From Octopus bimaculoides (Eukaryota): 64,000 nt of DNA. A program made the translations under genes and the position numbers. Numbering within the stretch: the first letter of the stretch is position 1; each line of letters opens with the position of its first letter. This document shows positions 12,600 to 24,116 of the stretch, piece by piece. Where the stretch lies: NCBI RefSeq assembly GCF_001194135.2, contig NC_068999.1:30866682-30930681 (forward strand), read 5' to 3'. The notes below the pieces were generated by a model that ran no database searches, had not been told where the DNA came from, and worked only from the letters and a program-made list of their open reading frames with translations.

Positions 12600-14254
12600 T
12601 TATTTTTAATTACCCACTTGGGTCAAAACACAGATGGGACAGCTCAAGGACACACAAAACATAGAAGAGGGGAAAAAAATAAAATTGAATGAAAAATGAA
12701 AAAAAAGAAAAAAGGAAAGGATGGAATAACGACCACTTGAGCCCACTCTCATTGAACTTTTAATTACTTGCAATGTTCCAAAGTCAAATATTTAAAAAAA
12801 TCAATCAAACCACATACTCAAAGATGTTGTACTCCACTTCAGGAGGCAATGCATCTATACACACCACTCTGTATAGATCCGCAATGTCCGGCCCAAATTT
12901 TTGTTTCAGTCTTTTGAAATCACTTTCATCCATCAGCACATATTTCAAATAAGGGGTAGAGTCCTCTAAATTTACCTTTATAGTAGACTTTAATTTTTTA
13001 ATTTCTCTCACCAGTTTGCTATTTCTTGAATTGTATGTCAAGGTTAGTCTCTTTTTCCTTTGGGGTGAGTGTTAGGGGTTTGATAAATTGTTGTGTTGGC
13101 ATGTTTCTGTGGTGGCAGGGTTGGGATTATTGGCAGGTGGGGCGAGAAGGCGATTGGTGTCTGCATTGGAAGGACTAGTTAAAGTGGGGACTGGAGTCCT
13201 CAGGTGGTGAACTTTTCCTCTTTCTTCTTTTTTCCTCCTGTCACCGTCGTCCACTCACTATTCTCTGTTTCTTGCTCCTCCACTTTTTCTGTTTCTTCAG
13301 TCAGTAGAGGTGCAATTACTTTTTCACCGGGGCAAACTAATGGTGCTAGTGCTGGTAGTGGAGGGCAGTCTGCTCTAATGTGACCTTTCTGACCACACTT
13401 GAAACATCGCAGTTTCCTGCTCTCCACTAAAACTCAATTTTCTGTCTTGGCCTATCCAAATGGTGTCAACTATGTTCTCTAGCACTTTTGGGGAGGCCTC
13501 AATTATCATTTCAATCCCTTGCCCTTGCCAGTTGCATTGCAAGACTTTGATAATTTGGAGGATGGAGATTTTATCCTCCATCCCATTATAATAGCTGCCA
13601 CAATCCAGCCAATCTTCACCCTTATCCTAGAAGCTCATCTCTCAAGCTAAGTTGGGAGGAGCACCACCTCTGCTGCATTTCTGGAGGCCATAGAATAATA
13701 CTTGGCACTTTCTTCTGTTTTAAACCACACTTCCACTGTGACATACTTGCTTCCTCTGGCAAATATATGTAATGTTGCTCCATGTCTTTCAGACATTTTT
13801 CTATTTTTTCCCTTGATACAATCTCTATCCTTTTCTTTTCCAAATCAAACGTTTTATACGCAGCTGTTTCTTTTTCCACTCTATGACTTACTTCCTTTGG
13901 CAGGGTCACAGCAATTTCGTGCGCTTCTCTTTTTATTAAGTCTTTGAATTTCTCCAACTCTTCCTTACTTATTTGTACCTCCTCTCTTGAATTACCAGTC
14001 ACTGCTGCAAACCTCTTTCCTCCCTTCACCTTGTTGATGCTATCAATGCGTCTCAACAATTCCTCTCAGAGGACTCTCTCGGAATACAACTGCATAATTG
14101 TACAACTCTCTCCCACTCAAACCAGGGGGAAAACGATAACAAATCCACCAAAAGGCAGACAAAACAAAATGTTAACACAAAAACTTTTCAACAATATTTA
14201 AAATGACTTTCAAAATTAAACACTAACCGTTGGAGAAATCCTTTTATGTTGTGT
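12600..14254 (-). mobile_element. ORF1/gag-only non-LTR retroposon (half-LINE-like), 1655 bp, imperfect 15-bp TSD
   Basis: Frameshifted ORF 14059->12805 with CCHC knuckle CFKCGQKGHIRADC, then a T-rich 3' UTR ending AAAAATAA; direct repeats CTTCCAGCACGAACT (12585-12599) and CTTTCAGCATGAACT (14255-14269); no RT/EN sequence. Confidence 0.7.
12805..14059 (-). pseudogene. Degenerate gag-like/ORF1 protein (~420 codons) with one CX2CX4HX4C zinc knuckle
   Basis: ORF-track pieces 13622-14059, 13375-13581, 13200-13427, 13072-13254 and 12805-13041 are collinear on the same strand in shifting frames. Confidence 0.75.
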
Positions 14255-15604
14255 CTTTCAGCATGAACTAACTTTCCCCATGAGCAATTGTAGTCTTTAT
14301 AGTTCGCCCACACAGTAAAAAGTATGCCAAAATCATACTGCCTTTGCTTTAAACTGTCAAGTGACCATAAAGAATTATTTTTTTCCATCTTTGCTTGCAA
14401 AAACAGAGAGCGGCGTTCTAATTTGTATTGTACGAATGAGAAGTTATCAGAATATAAATTTTTCATAAAAAAAAAAGAAAACAAAACAATTTAGAAGAGT
14501 TGAATATATTTTGCTTGTACTGAAGCTAAACAATTCTCAATGAAATGTTTTGTTTTCTACTAAAAGAGAATCAAACATTTTATACTATGTTCTGTACAAG
14601 AAATATATTTTTGCTATTCAGAATTTGGTAGGTTGAAAACTCAAAGTTAGTACTGAATTGAATTATGATATTTGTTTTAAAACAGTAAAAAAAACAACAT
14701 AATTTCTGAATATAAATAAAATGGATGCCAGCCAAACAAGGATTTGTTTTGATGGTCATTTTGGCAAAGATTTTAAGTCACCATACTGAATTATATTGAT
14801 AATAGTATACAGAAACTAGTAGCTATGAAATATAACAAAATGATAAATGGTATATGCACATCATTGATTAAATTAGTTAAATTAGTGAGGTATAGTAAGA
14901 AATGATTATTAGTTGTTTTGAACTTTGGAATAGATAAAACAGTTAACATTGTTTTGCTATGAAATATGTAACTAGTCAGACAGCTAATTAGAGATGTATA
15001 TTAATTACCATTATATCATTATCATCATCAGTAGCAGCAGTATTTTACATTTGCTTTCCATGCTAGCATGGGTTGGACAAATCATTATTGTCTGGGTCAG
15101 TTCTTATTTGGTTTTAGTACCCTCCTAGATGCATTGGAAAACCACAACTCATTTGTAAATTATGGCTTGTTTTCTATGGTTAGAAGCACTTCTCACAATC
15201 AACTATTTTGCTGAATGCACAGAGCACAATTTATCATGGCACCAGTACAGGAGAAGTTGTCTAGCACATTCTAAAACTGAAAAGACCTCACTACTCTTTG
15301 ATTTCTTCATTTGTTCAAAGCATTTACGTTTAGTTTAGTTTTAAGATACATCTTGCCTAGGTGGATAGTAGAGAGTGATATAGAGAATAGGGAGAATGAC
15401 GAAAAAATAAACCAGGCTATGGACAGCATAAATAGGGAAATGAGTGATGGGGTTATGAAAGGGTAGCAAAGAGGCAGGAGAGGTAGGAGACATAAATTTA
15501 ACTCAGACTATGGGGTAAGGGACCCAAATCTAGAAGCTTCCCAACCACTAGCATTACTACCAGTTTTTAATATTTTTTTCCTGTTCATTTCACCATGCTG
15601 ACAC

Positions 15605-17790
15605 AGGTAGGCTAGTTTTCTCCAATATTGCATGTCATTAATTATTTCATTCAATGTTATCTCCCCTGTGAAGCACATCATCCTGAAATCAGTTTACACA
15701 ACTTCATTTCATGTCTTATTGGGTCTTTGTATTCGATAAGTTTCAGCAACTTTGAGTACCCAGCACTTTCCTACAGAGTTGCTATCCTCTATATGTACCA
15801 CATGCTCACACAAGTGCAATTTTCTCTTTTGTAAATTATTTCTAATTCCTCTTATATCCAAATGTATTCCTAATATATTTATACTCTGCAGATCATGCTC
15901 ACATATCCAGCAAAACATGTTTGCCCCATTTCTATCCAGCCTTCAGACTTCCTCTGCATTCAAGATCCATGTCTTACTACTATGCAATATTGTAATTCAT
16001 GCACAAGCCTCATGCAATCTACCCTTCATTCTGGGAGGGAAACCATTTATTAGAAACAAGTAATAGCTCTTTAAACCTTTCCAGCTTGTTCTTATTCCAT
16101 CTACTATACATTAACAACATTCATTTCCACTGCTAATTATCAAAATCTAGAATCGAGAGGCCTCAAAGTAAAATTAGCAAAGGCAAAAGTATAGATTAGT
16201 AGTGTAGGACCCTTCTCCCACCAGGAAAAGATCTTGCTCAATAAACAAAAAAATATGTAGGTTAAAATACAATGCACTGCACCCAGTGTACAGCATGTTT
16301 GCACATTAGGTGTAGTGGGATCGCAGGCAAGCTGGGCAATGAGTGGAAAATAGATTTTCTTAAGTACTTGGAAAGTAGATTCTCTCAAGTAACTCAGAGG
16401 TTTCTAAAAGTAATTGAAAGCTTTTGTTATCTTTTGATTCTAGGTTTTGCTTTCAGTTCTGGAATTACTTCTGGAATTCTACTTCAGATTCAACTATGAA
16501 ACTTAGGTCATCAACACACAAGAGTTTCTATGGAGAGGTGCTCTTAAAATCCTCTACTATGGTGAGTGCAAGGGGATGAGAATTGAGCCATAGTGGACCC
16601 TTACCCTAATGCTAAATTCATTATTGTATTCACTACTAACTCTCACCTTGCTAAGAACATCTTTGTACATGGCTTGTACAGTCCTCACAAGCTATCTCTC
16701 TACTTTATCTTACTCAAAATCTACCAAACCACAGAGCAAGAAACCCTGTCAAAGGCTTTATCTAGGTCTATGAATGCTAGGTTTGCACCTAGTAGCTTAC
16801 TCCCAGCTAATTACTTCTATTGCAGTTGCAACATTAGAAAAATGGCATCAGTAGCACTTGTATTTCTTCCTAACACAAGCTGAACTACATCGTTTCTTAT
16901 CAATTCGGTTATAACTCTTTCAGTAACTTACATAGCCTGGTCTAACAGTTTAAAACCCTTGTAGTAACGCCGTGCGCATGCGTAGTCTTACGCATGCGTA
17001 GAATTAAACAACCAAACTTTCCAGCTTTAATCTTTCTCTTTTACGGTCGGCCGACCATGAGCATGGACGTGTGCTAAAGCTGTCTCTACATCTTTCGGAC
17101 TTACACAAGACAGCTCGCTCACAACTACAGAACAACGTCCCAACAACTATGCTCATACACACAGAAGCTGTAACAAGAACTAAAGATGTTTATATATTTA
17201 CCACCTAAATAAAGTGTTGTTTAAGTTGTTTAGTCTGGAGTTCAGCGTTCCGTTATATTCTATAATTTTATAGTAGAAAGTCAGGTATACAATCTAAAGA
17301 TGTATAACCCACTTTCTACTAAACCCTCATAGTTTCTTCCTTCTGATGTGTTTCTATTGTACTTGTGGCAGTTGACAATGCTACTGCTTCATCAGTCATT
17401 ATGTATGACACCTTTCTGTACTTCCTGATTGCATCTGCAGGTATCTAGCTTGTACCCTATCTTACCAGATTTTAAGCATCTCAGTAGTAATTATCAATGG
17501 ATCATTGTCTCCATATACTTAATTGCTTTATTTGCTATACAACTGTTAACTTTCTATCGGGCCTACCTGAGGCAGGCTCTCACTTCTATGTATCTTGTAG
17601 GAGTGTTTCCAAGCCTCTTTTTTCTTGGTGTCAGTAAGAGCAAGTGTGTTGTTATCATTCCTTGCACAGTTCTCCTTAACGATGCTTCAGTTCTCTCTAG
17701 TACACAACCTATCAATCCAAAACACCTTGCATTGCTGGATTTGTGAAAACCTTTTTCTGCTTCTCGCCTTCAGATACCATTCAGGCTAGA
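15605..17790 (-). mobile_element. RTE-clade LINE (RT domain to 3' end), degenerate, with internal inversion and nested insert
   Basis: Minus: KAIKYMET..ITTEMLKI, GFKLLDQAM, LAFIDLDKAFDRV, VQAMYKD..SKVRV, DDLSFIVES, then RMKGRLHEAC..SKTWIL, RLDRNGANMFCW, QRPNKT. The segment LESRGLKVKL..CTQCTACLHIRCSGI..ESFCYL is on the plus strand (16147-16438). Confidence 0.85.
16960..17320. mobile_element. 361-bp CpG-rich insert (solo-LTR- or MITE-like) inside the RTE element
   Basis: Flanked by direct repeat AAACCCT (16953-16959, 17321-17327); removing it rejoins the RTE reading (..NYEG|FKLLDQ). Starts TGTAGTAAC, contains AATAAA at ~17208. Confidence 0.7.
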
Positions 17791-19854
17791 AGGGATAAAG
17801 GATATGTGAAATGTTGAGTGGAACAATGTTGTAAATCAATGGTGGAAGAGGTCGGATCAGGTCAGATAGGAGAGAATTGGGGCTTTTCAAGCAAAGTATG
17901 GAAAGAAATGACAAGAGACTGTACATCAGCTGAGCCAAATTTATACAAGTTATAAAACTGATCTTTAAAACAACAACAGTAATGCCACTGATGCAAAGCA
18001 TTGACTGCAACGAACTTTCAAGATCTATAAACATTTAATATCAAAGTAATCCAATGACAATTACTAAGCACTTATTAGATAATGCTTTCTGCATTACAAA
18101 ACTATATCCATTTGAGCATTTCTTTTTGTCTGACCTTTCTTCACTTCTCATTCAACATTGCATTGGAAAATCTTTACACTGGTAATGTCTTTTGAATCTA
18201 ACTGAGGTGGGTAAGGGACTATATAATAAACCCAAAATGTCAGAGAAACATTAATTTTTAAGTGAAAATCAAGAACAAAATTATTATCATGAGACTAACC
18301 AATGTGTTGCAAATAAGTTAGAAAAGAAGCAACTTTCGTAACAATGCGGAAAACTAATTCATTAATTATAAACTTCTGTCAGTTAAAATGCCAAGATTTC
18401 TGAAAATAAGAAGAATGGACATTTTCATTTTTAGTTTGGAACAAGTCCAGAGAAACAAGGATTGGCAGAAGATGAGTGAAAATGTCCAGCATCATCCAAG
18501 CACATGTTATACATTGATTATAGAGAAAAAGAGACAGAGAGAAACGCTTTCAAGTGTTAAATGATTACCTTTTAGTGATCCAGAAAGATATCTCTGATAA
18601 CATGCTACTAATGGACATCAGATAGACTGACACAGCTAAGACATGTTGCTTTCACTGCTATATCAGATAAATTAAGATGATTTATGGCTACTATAATCAT
18701 GGATTTATAGTGTCTTAATAGTAGAGGAGAAGATCTTAAAACTGCTTCATTTAGAGTAAAGAAATGTTTTTCTGGAGTTGAAACTTCTGTTGGGTTTAAA
18801 GTATTCTGAGCCTGATTCCATAACAACTTTCCAGACTATTCTTTATGAGAAATACTTTCAATTGTCTTGCGTCAAAACTATTATAACTGAGAACAATACT
18901 GGAAATCTCTAAACAGTTACTCAGTCTGCAAAAAACAGTAACCAAATTTACTCATATCCACTTTATTGTCTGAAAAAGAAATAAATGATAGACATATTAG
19001 CCAATGTAGTCTTAGATATACAAACAAATGGAATGGGCTCAACTTGGTTGTCTTTGACCATAAGTCTGTACAACCAGGTCCTACCTATGGCTAAAAAACA
19101 ACAATAACTGTTATTCCAATTAACATTAATTGGAATAGTTTTCAATTAATGTTGTTAGTTTCCAACACAAATAATATCATCAAGTTTTTGTCACTATGGC
19201 AACATTAGCCCTTTTATAGTAACTATCCCAATTTAAAAAGAGAATCAAACACCTTAATCTGCCAGTATTCCACATTATTGACAAGCTTTATTACATTTCC
19301 TTCAGTTATAAGAAAAAACAATACAAAACCCACTTATAAAAATCAGAAAAACACAAACATTTTCAACCTATTTTAGCTGTGGACAGTATTTATTGTTAAC
19401 TCTACAGTATTTAATGTTGTTACTTTTACATGTTTGTCAATGTTGTTGTTATATACAATACCTGTAATTGAATATAACATGTTCAGGTTATATTAGTTTC
19501 TAACATGAACTCAACTCACAATACCCGGCACCATCAACAGCAACAACAAAATGTATTCACTCCTCAGTTACTAACTTGTACTTGTGAGTAAATTATTTCA
19601 CCACCAAAATAATATTTCACTTTCTTGTGTTTGTTTATAGTAAAACTTTGTTTGAATATTTTACTCTCCTCATCAAATCCAAATTTCGTAAATATTTCAA
19701 GCATTTACTAATTGAACATCTGTTAATTTCATAATGTAATTATTTGATACAGTTAGTATTACATAAACAGTTGGTAGCTATTTGATTGAGTTACTTCAGC
19801 ATGAAAGTCCTAGAGTAGATGGAGGTCATCAGTATTGAAACAACTCTTCTAAAT

Positions 19855-20280
19855 ACATAGCTATACTGGGCAGGACATGTTACCAGGATGGAGGACAATC
19901 GACTTCCCAAGATCATACTATATAGTGAACTCTCCTCTGGTCACATGACTGAGGAGCACCAAAGAAAACGTATAAGGTCACCTTAAAGAAATCCTTTGTC
20001 TCCTGTCACATTGATCACCACCAGTAGTCTGTTCTTGCTGCAGACTATAAAGCCTAACATTTCACTGTCCACCAAGCAACAGTCACCTTTGATGACACCC
20101 ACAGGACCACAAGATAGAAAGAAGAGGAAAATCAGGGACATAACAACCAACCCTGATCAGCCCAACTTCCCATACAACCTCTGCAGTCATGCCTGTTTGA
20201 CCCAAATCAGTGAGCCTGCAGCAGATGTGGACGTTCCCCTCTGTAAATCTTTACTCATGAAACTAAGTCATGATGATGAA
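19855..20280 (+). mobile_element. RTE (BovB-like) LINE 3' fragment
   Basis: LYWAGHVTRMEDNRLPKIILYSELSSGH and a degenerate terminal zinc finger. Confidence 0.8.
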
Positions 20281-20339
20281 TGAATAGACAGTCAGTAGCT
20301 GTTTGATAGAGTTAGTACAGCAATATGGAATAGAAATGG

Positions 20340-20815
20340 ATAACTTATGAGATCACTTGTGATTTCTGTTTTTCTATATACTTGTGAGGCTTGGACATTA
20401 ATACTGGAACAGGGAAAAAAGGGTAAGTGCAATAAAGATAAGACTCTACAAACAGCTGCTAGCTCACATACAAAGAACACATGAGGAATAATGAAGTGAG
20501 GATGAAATTAACCTAGGCTATTGGACCACACAAGGATATGCTAACAATTGTGAAGACAAATAAGCTGAAATGGTATGGCCATGTTACAAGAAGCTTTGGC
20601 CAAGCAAAGACAGTCCTTCAGTTAACAGTGGAAGGTGAACAAAAGTAAGGCAAGTCAAGGAAAAAATGGTCTTGTAGATCAAAAAGTAGACAGACCTCAA
20701 TTTTGCTGACTCACAGAGGGCAGCAGAAGACTGAAAGAAGTGGTGAAATCTGGTACAACATCATCAATGAATGTCCCAATGACTCCACAGGCTACAGGTA
20801 GGATAGGATATATAG
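20340..20815 (+). mobile_element. RTE-clade LINE 3' fragment (second subfamily)
   Basis: SLVISVFLYTCEAWTL..NNEVR..MLTIVKTNKLKWYGHVTRSFGQAKTVLQ.TVEG. Confidence 0.8.
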
Positions 20816-22869
20816 GAACTGTTTGATAGAGTTAGAGCTGTCATATGAAATAAACAGTGTGTAACTCTTTGACAGAGATAGTACATACAGCTGTATGGAC
20901 TAGACAACGAGTGAAACCTGGAAGACATGTAGATATTATACAATTGTACTACTGTAAAAGAATAAGAAATGTGTTGCAGTGAGTCAACCAGAAGAAAATG
21001 AAAAGCAGATTGGATTGAATATTTTGCCCAATATGCTTCAAGAGCTATATGGAGACTGCATTCTTGTCACTCTGGCCTGCTGAAAACAATAATTATACTG
21101 GGCATCATGTGTTATAGCCAATATTGCATAGAAACAATATTTCTGTGCTACATGAGTAATCTATGCTTTTCAATTAAAAACTGGTTCATTAATTAGAATT
21201 TTGATGAACTTCTAGTGACTTGCTCTCCTGAGAACAACAATATATAAACTTCTCATATTCTATCCAGAGTGCACAAACAGAAGTGATATCTCATGTCTAG
21301 GTACAGTCAAACCAAGTCACTGACTGATTTATGACTCTCAGGTTCCAGACTTCCAGTTAAAGATTACAATTTCACAGTGGATACTATGGATTACCAGTAA
21401 GCAGACATTCAAGAATTATTTTTGTACTATAATTAAATATAATACCAGTGTACTAGATTAAATTATTAGAGGGATATATTTTTGGGACTAAACTTCCATG
21501 GACACAGACATTTGTGTAAACTAATACATCATCATAATCATTGTTTTTAGTGTAACTATTTTTCAAACCTGTAACAATAGCTCTTTATAGTGTTTCTATT
21601 TAAATACTTTCATCTTGATAATTTCTTTTGTTAACCCCATTTCTCTTAGTTGTATTTTAACATCTTCAACAAAGGAGGAGAGCCCCTACCAAAACAATAC
21701 CACCACCTCCATCACCCTCACTACTGTCACTACCACCACTATCGTTTATTTAAGTAGATCTCAGTTCTTTATTGTGGTAAGAATTTATTCTCCATCCACT
21801 TATTCATAATAGATGAAAAGGTGAATGTATGTGTGTGTGTGTGTGTGTATTATCTATATGTATAGGTAAGTGGGACATCTTTATTTATACAAATGTGACT
21901 TTATATACACACATACATACACATATATATGATGAGAGGACTGTGAACTAAGATACCATCATCGTGCATTTAGTAATTCTATCACCATTACTTCAGTAAT
22001 TATAGTGAAGCATTTATTTTGTTGAGGAGGTCTAATAAGGCTGAAAATGTTCTGAGGTGTCTGCCATATTTTCCAAAATACTCTAAGCTATGCAAGTGAA
22101 GAATTGATGTTTTTCTTCACCATGATTTATTCATTAAATGTGTCAGTGTTAACTTCAATAATGAAATAACTTGGATGCTTTTGAATAATGGGATGTTAAA
22201 AAAGTTTTAATGGTTTTTCTTACTAGACAGTCCCTGTAATGGATTATTGGCCACATTGAATTCTACAAGCCTTACTTATCTTCCTGTTAACCAAATATCA
22301 ATTATACGATATTTCAAATGACCCAAACATTATCTTAAAGTTCTGTGAATATTTAATTAGCTATATTGTACGTCATACAAACTTGAAAATAATAATGATG
22401 CTACCATTCATTTTCTGTTTATAATGATTAAAAGAGTTTGAATTGCTGAAGAACATGAGTAAGAGCTGAATTGGACTGTGAAGGTTCGTCCAATCTATGT
22501 CAGCACAATGATCAGATATATATCTAATGATGATGATGATGATGATAACTATGATGACAATGGCCATCACCTCAACAACAAAGATGACGATAGAGATGAT
22601 GATTTTAAAAAGTTACATCAAGGTGGTGATTCAGACACTGGTGAGGCAATCACATCTTTTGTTTCAAAAGCACCTCAAGTTGGTTGGTATGCTAGATTTC
22701 AGTCAATTCCTTTAAACAGAGTTAAAATAAATTTAATATATTAAAAAGGAAAAACTGTCATGCTGAAGGAGTCAAAAGTATGGCAATGACAGTATGGTCT
22801 TCATTCACTCTGCAACTCTTTTCCTAATATCTATTTGTTACAAGTAATTGAATTTGTTGCTGTTACCAT

Positions 22870-23130
22870 GTCAGCGAAGAGAAAGTGAATACCACTGATA
22901 ATTGAACCAAAATGTGAGATTTTACAGCATTTGGATCATGGTGAAAAAGTATTGCAGAAAAGTAAAACATTTTACTGATTTAATGGTATGAAATGTCTGT
23001 AAACAGGCTTTTTGTTATGCATTTATGTTCATTATGGCTTCCTTTGTTTCTGATCAGATCAGTTATCTGAAACAATTAGTTACCCAAACAAAATACTCCA
23101 AGTTTATCTGCTTATCAACATCTAACTGTA
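22870..23130 (+). mobile_element. Possible pogo/Tigger remnant
   Basis: MSAKRK*IPLIIEPKCEILQHLDHGEK resembles the pogo CENP-B-type HTH start; possible end AACTG|TA at ~23130; no left TIR found. Confidence 0.4.
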
Positions 23131-24084
23131 GCTAGTGTACAACCTTAAAAAGCACATTAATATAATTCTTGATGTCATCTGAGTAACAAAGTTATTTTTT
23201 TACCTTGAAACACTTCATTACAATATCCAAAAGGATAGTAAGATGGTAGAAATGTTAAAGAGTAGAAATAAATACTTTAGTTACAGCCATTTACATTCTG
23301 AATTCAATTCTTACCATGGTTGTCATAATGGCTTAGCTTTGAAATAGTAGGCTGTAGTATTATCTCAATCAACTATAATACTACACCACTCTGGTTTAAT
23401 GTGAGGAATTGTTATCAGTGTATATAAGTGTTTTGCTTTGCTGTTAAGTGTAAAGTGACAGATATATGTTAACATTGCACTTATTATATGACTGACAGAC
23501 CAATAGTTAAAAGTAAAACTGTTAGATCATTTCCTTAATGATACCATTTGGTCAGAAACGAAACATAAACAATATTATATCAATATTTGTTGATATATAT
23601 GCAAAGTGATTCCCTTTTCCTTTTTGTCCACAAATTTTGTCCACCTTGTATTCAGACTTCCATATGATTTTGCCTTCATTAAATGGTTTTACATCAAACT
23701 TTGTTGTTTTTAGCAATAAATACAATTATTTTGTGTTTAGTTCATGCAAGAATAGATCCATATTTTTGTCTGCATACAGCAGCAATGAATAATGGTTCTC
23801 TTACCTGAATTTTGTACAATAGAAAACACAGCTTTCAAATCTGTTGCAAGTAATTTTTACTATTTTTTTTAGATGTTCTTTATCTTCAAAATAGAATTGC
23901 TTAACAGATAAATGAGGCAGTTCTCAGAAATTCCAATAGCTAATATCTTTGCTGATGCCATAAATTTTACAATACAGTTATCACCATTTCCACACAAGTT
24001 ACCTCAAATCCTAAATTTGTCATCATTCATATTTTCTGCTCTGTTTTCTTTTGTAATGTCTTGCTAGTTGTAATCCCCATATAT

Positions 24085-24116
<32 letters not shown>

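Noticed and set aside
14188-14484. 98-aa minus ORF upstream of the gag-like ORF
   Set aside because: It crosses the putative TSD boundary, starts in a poly-T tract and has no recognisable motif.
18952-18969. 18-nt minus-strand micro-exon candidate (TTTTTCAG|ACAATAAAGTGGATATGA|GTAAAT, 'NKVDM') and nearby frames at 18570-18925
   Set aside because: Splice-like motifs are common in AT-rich DNA; no consistent multi-exon frame could be built.
23799-23925. Strong minus-strand donor (CAG|GTAAGA) with short open frames upstream
   Set aside because: No good acceptor and no recognisable peptide.
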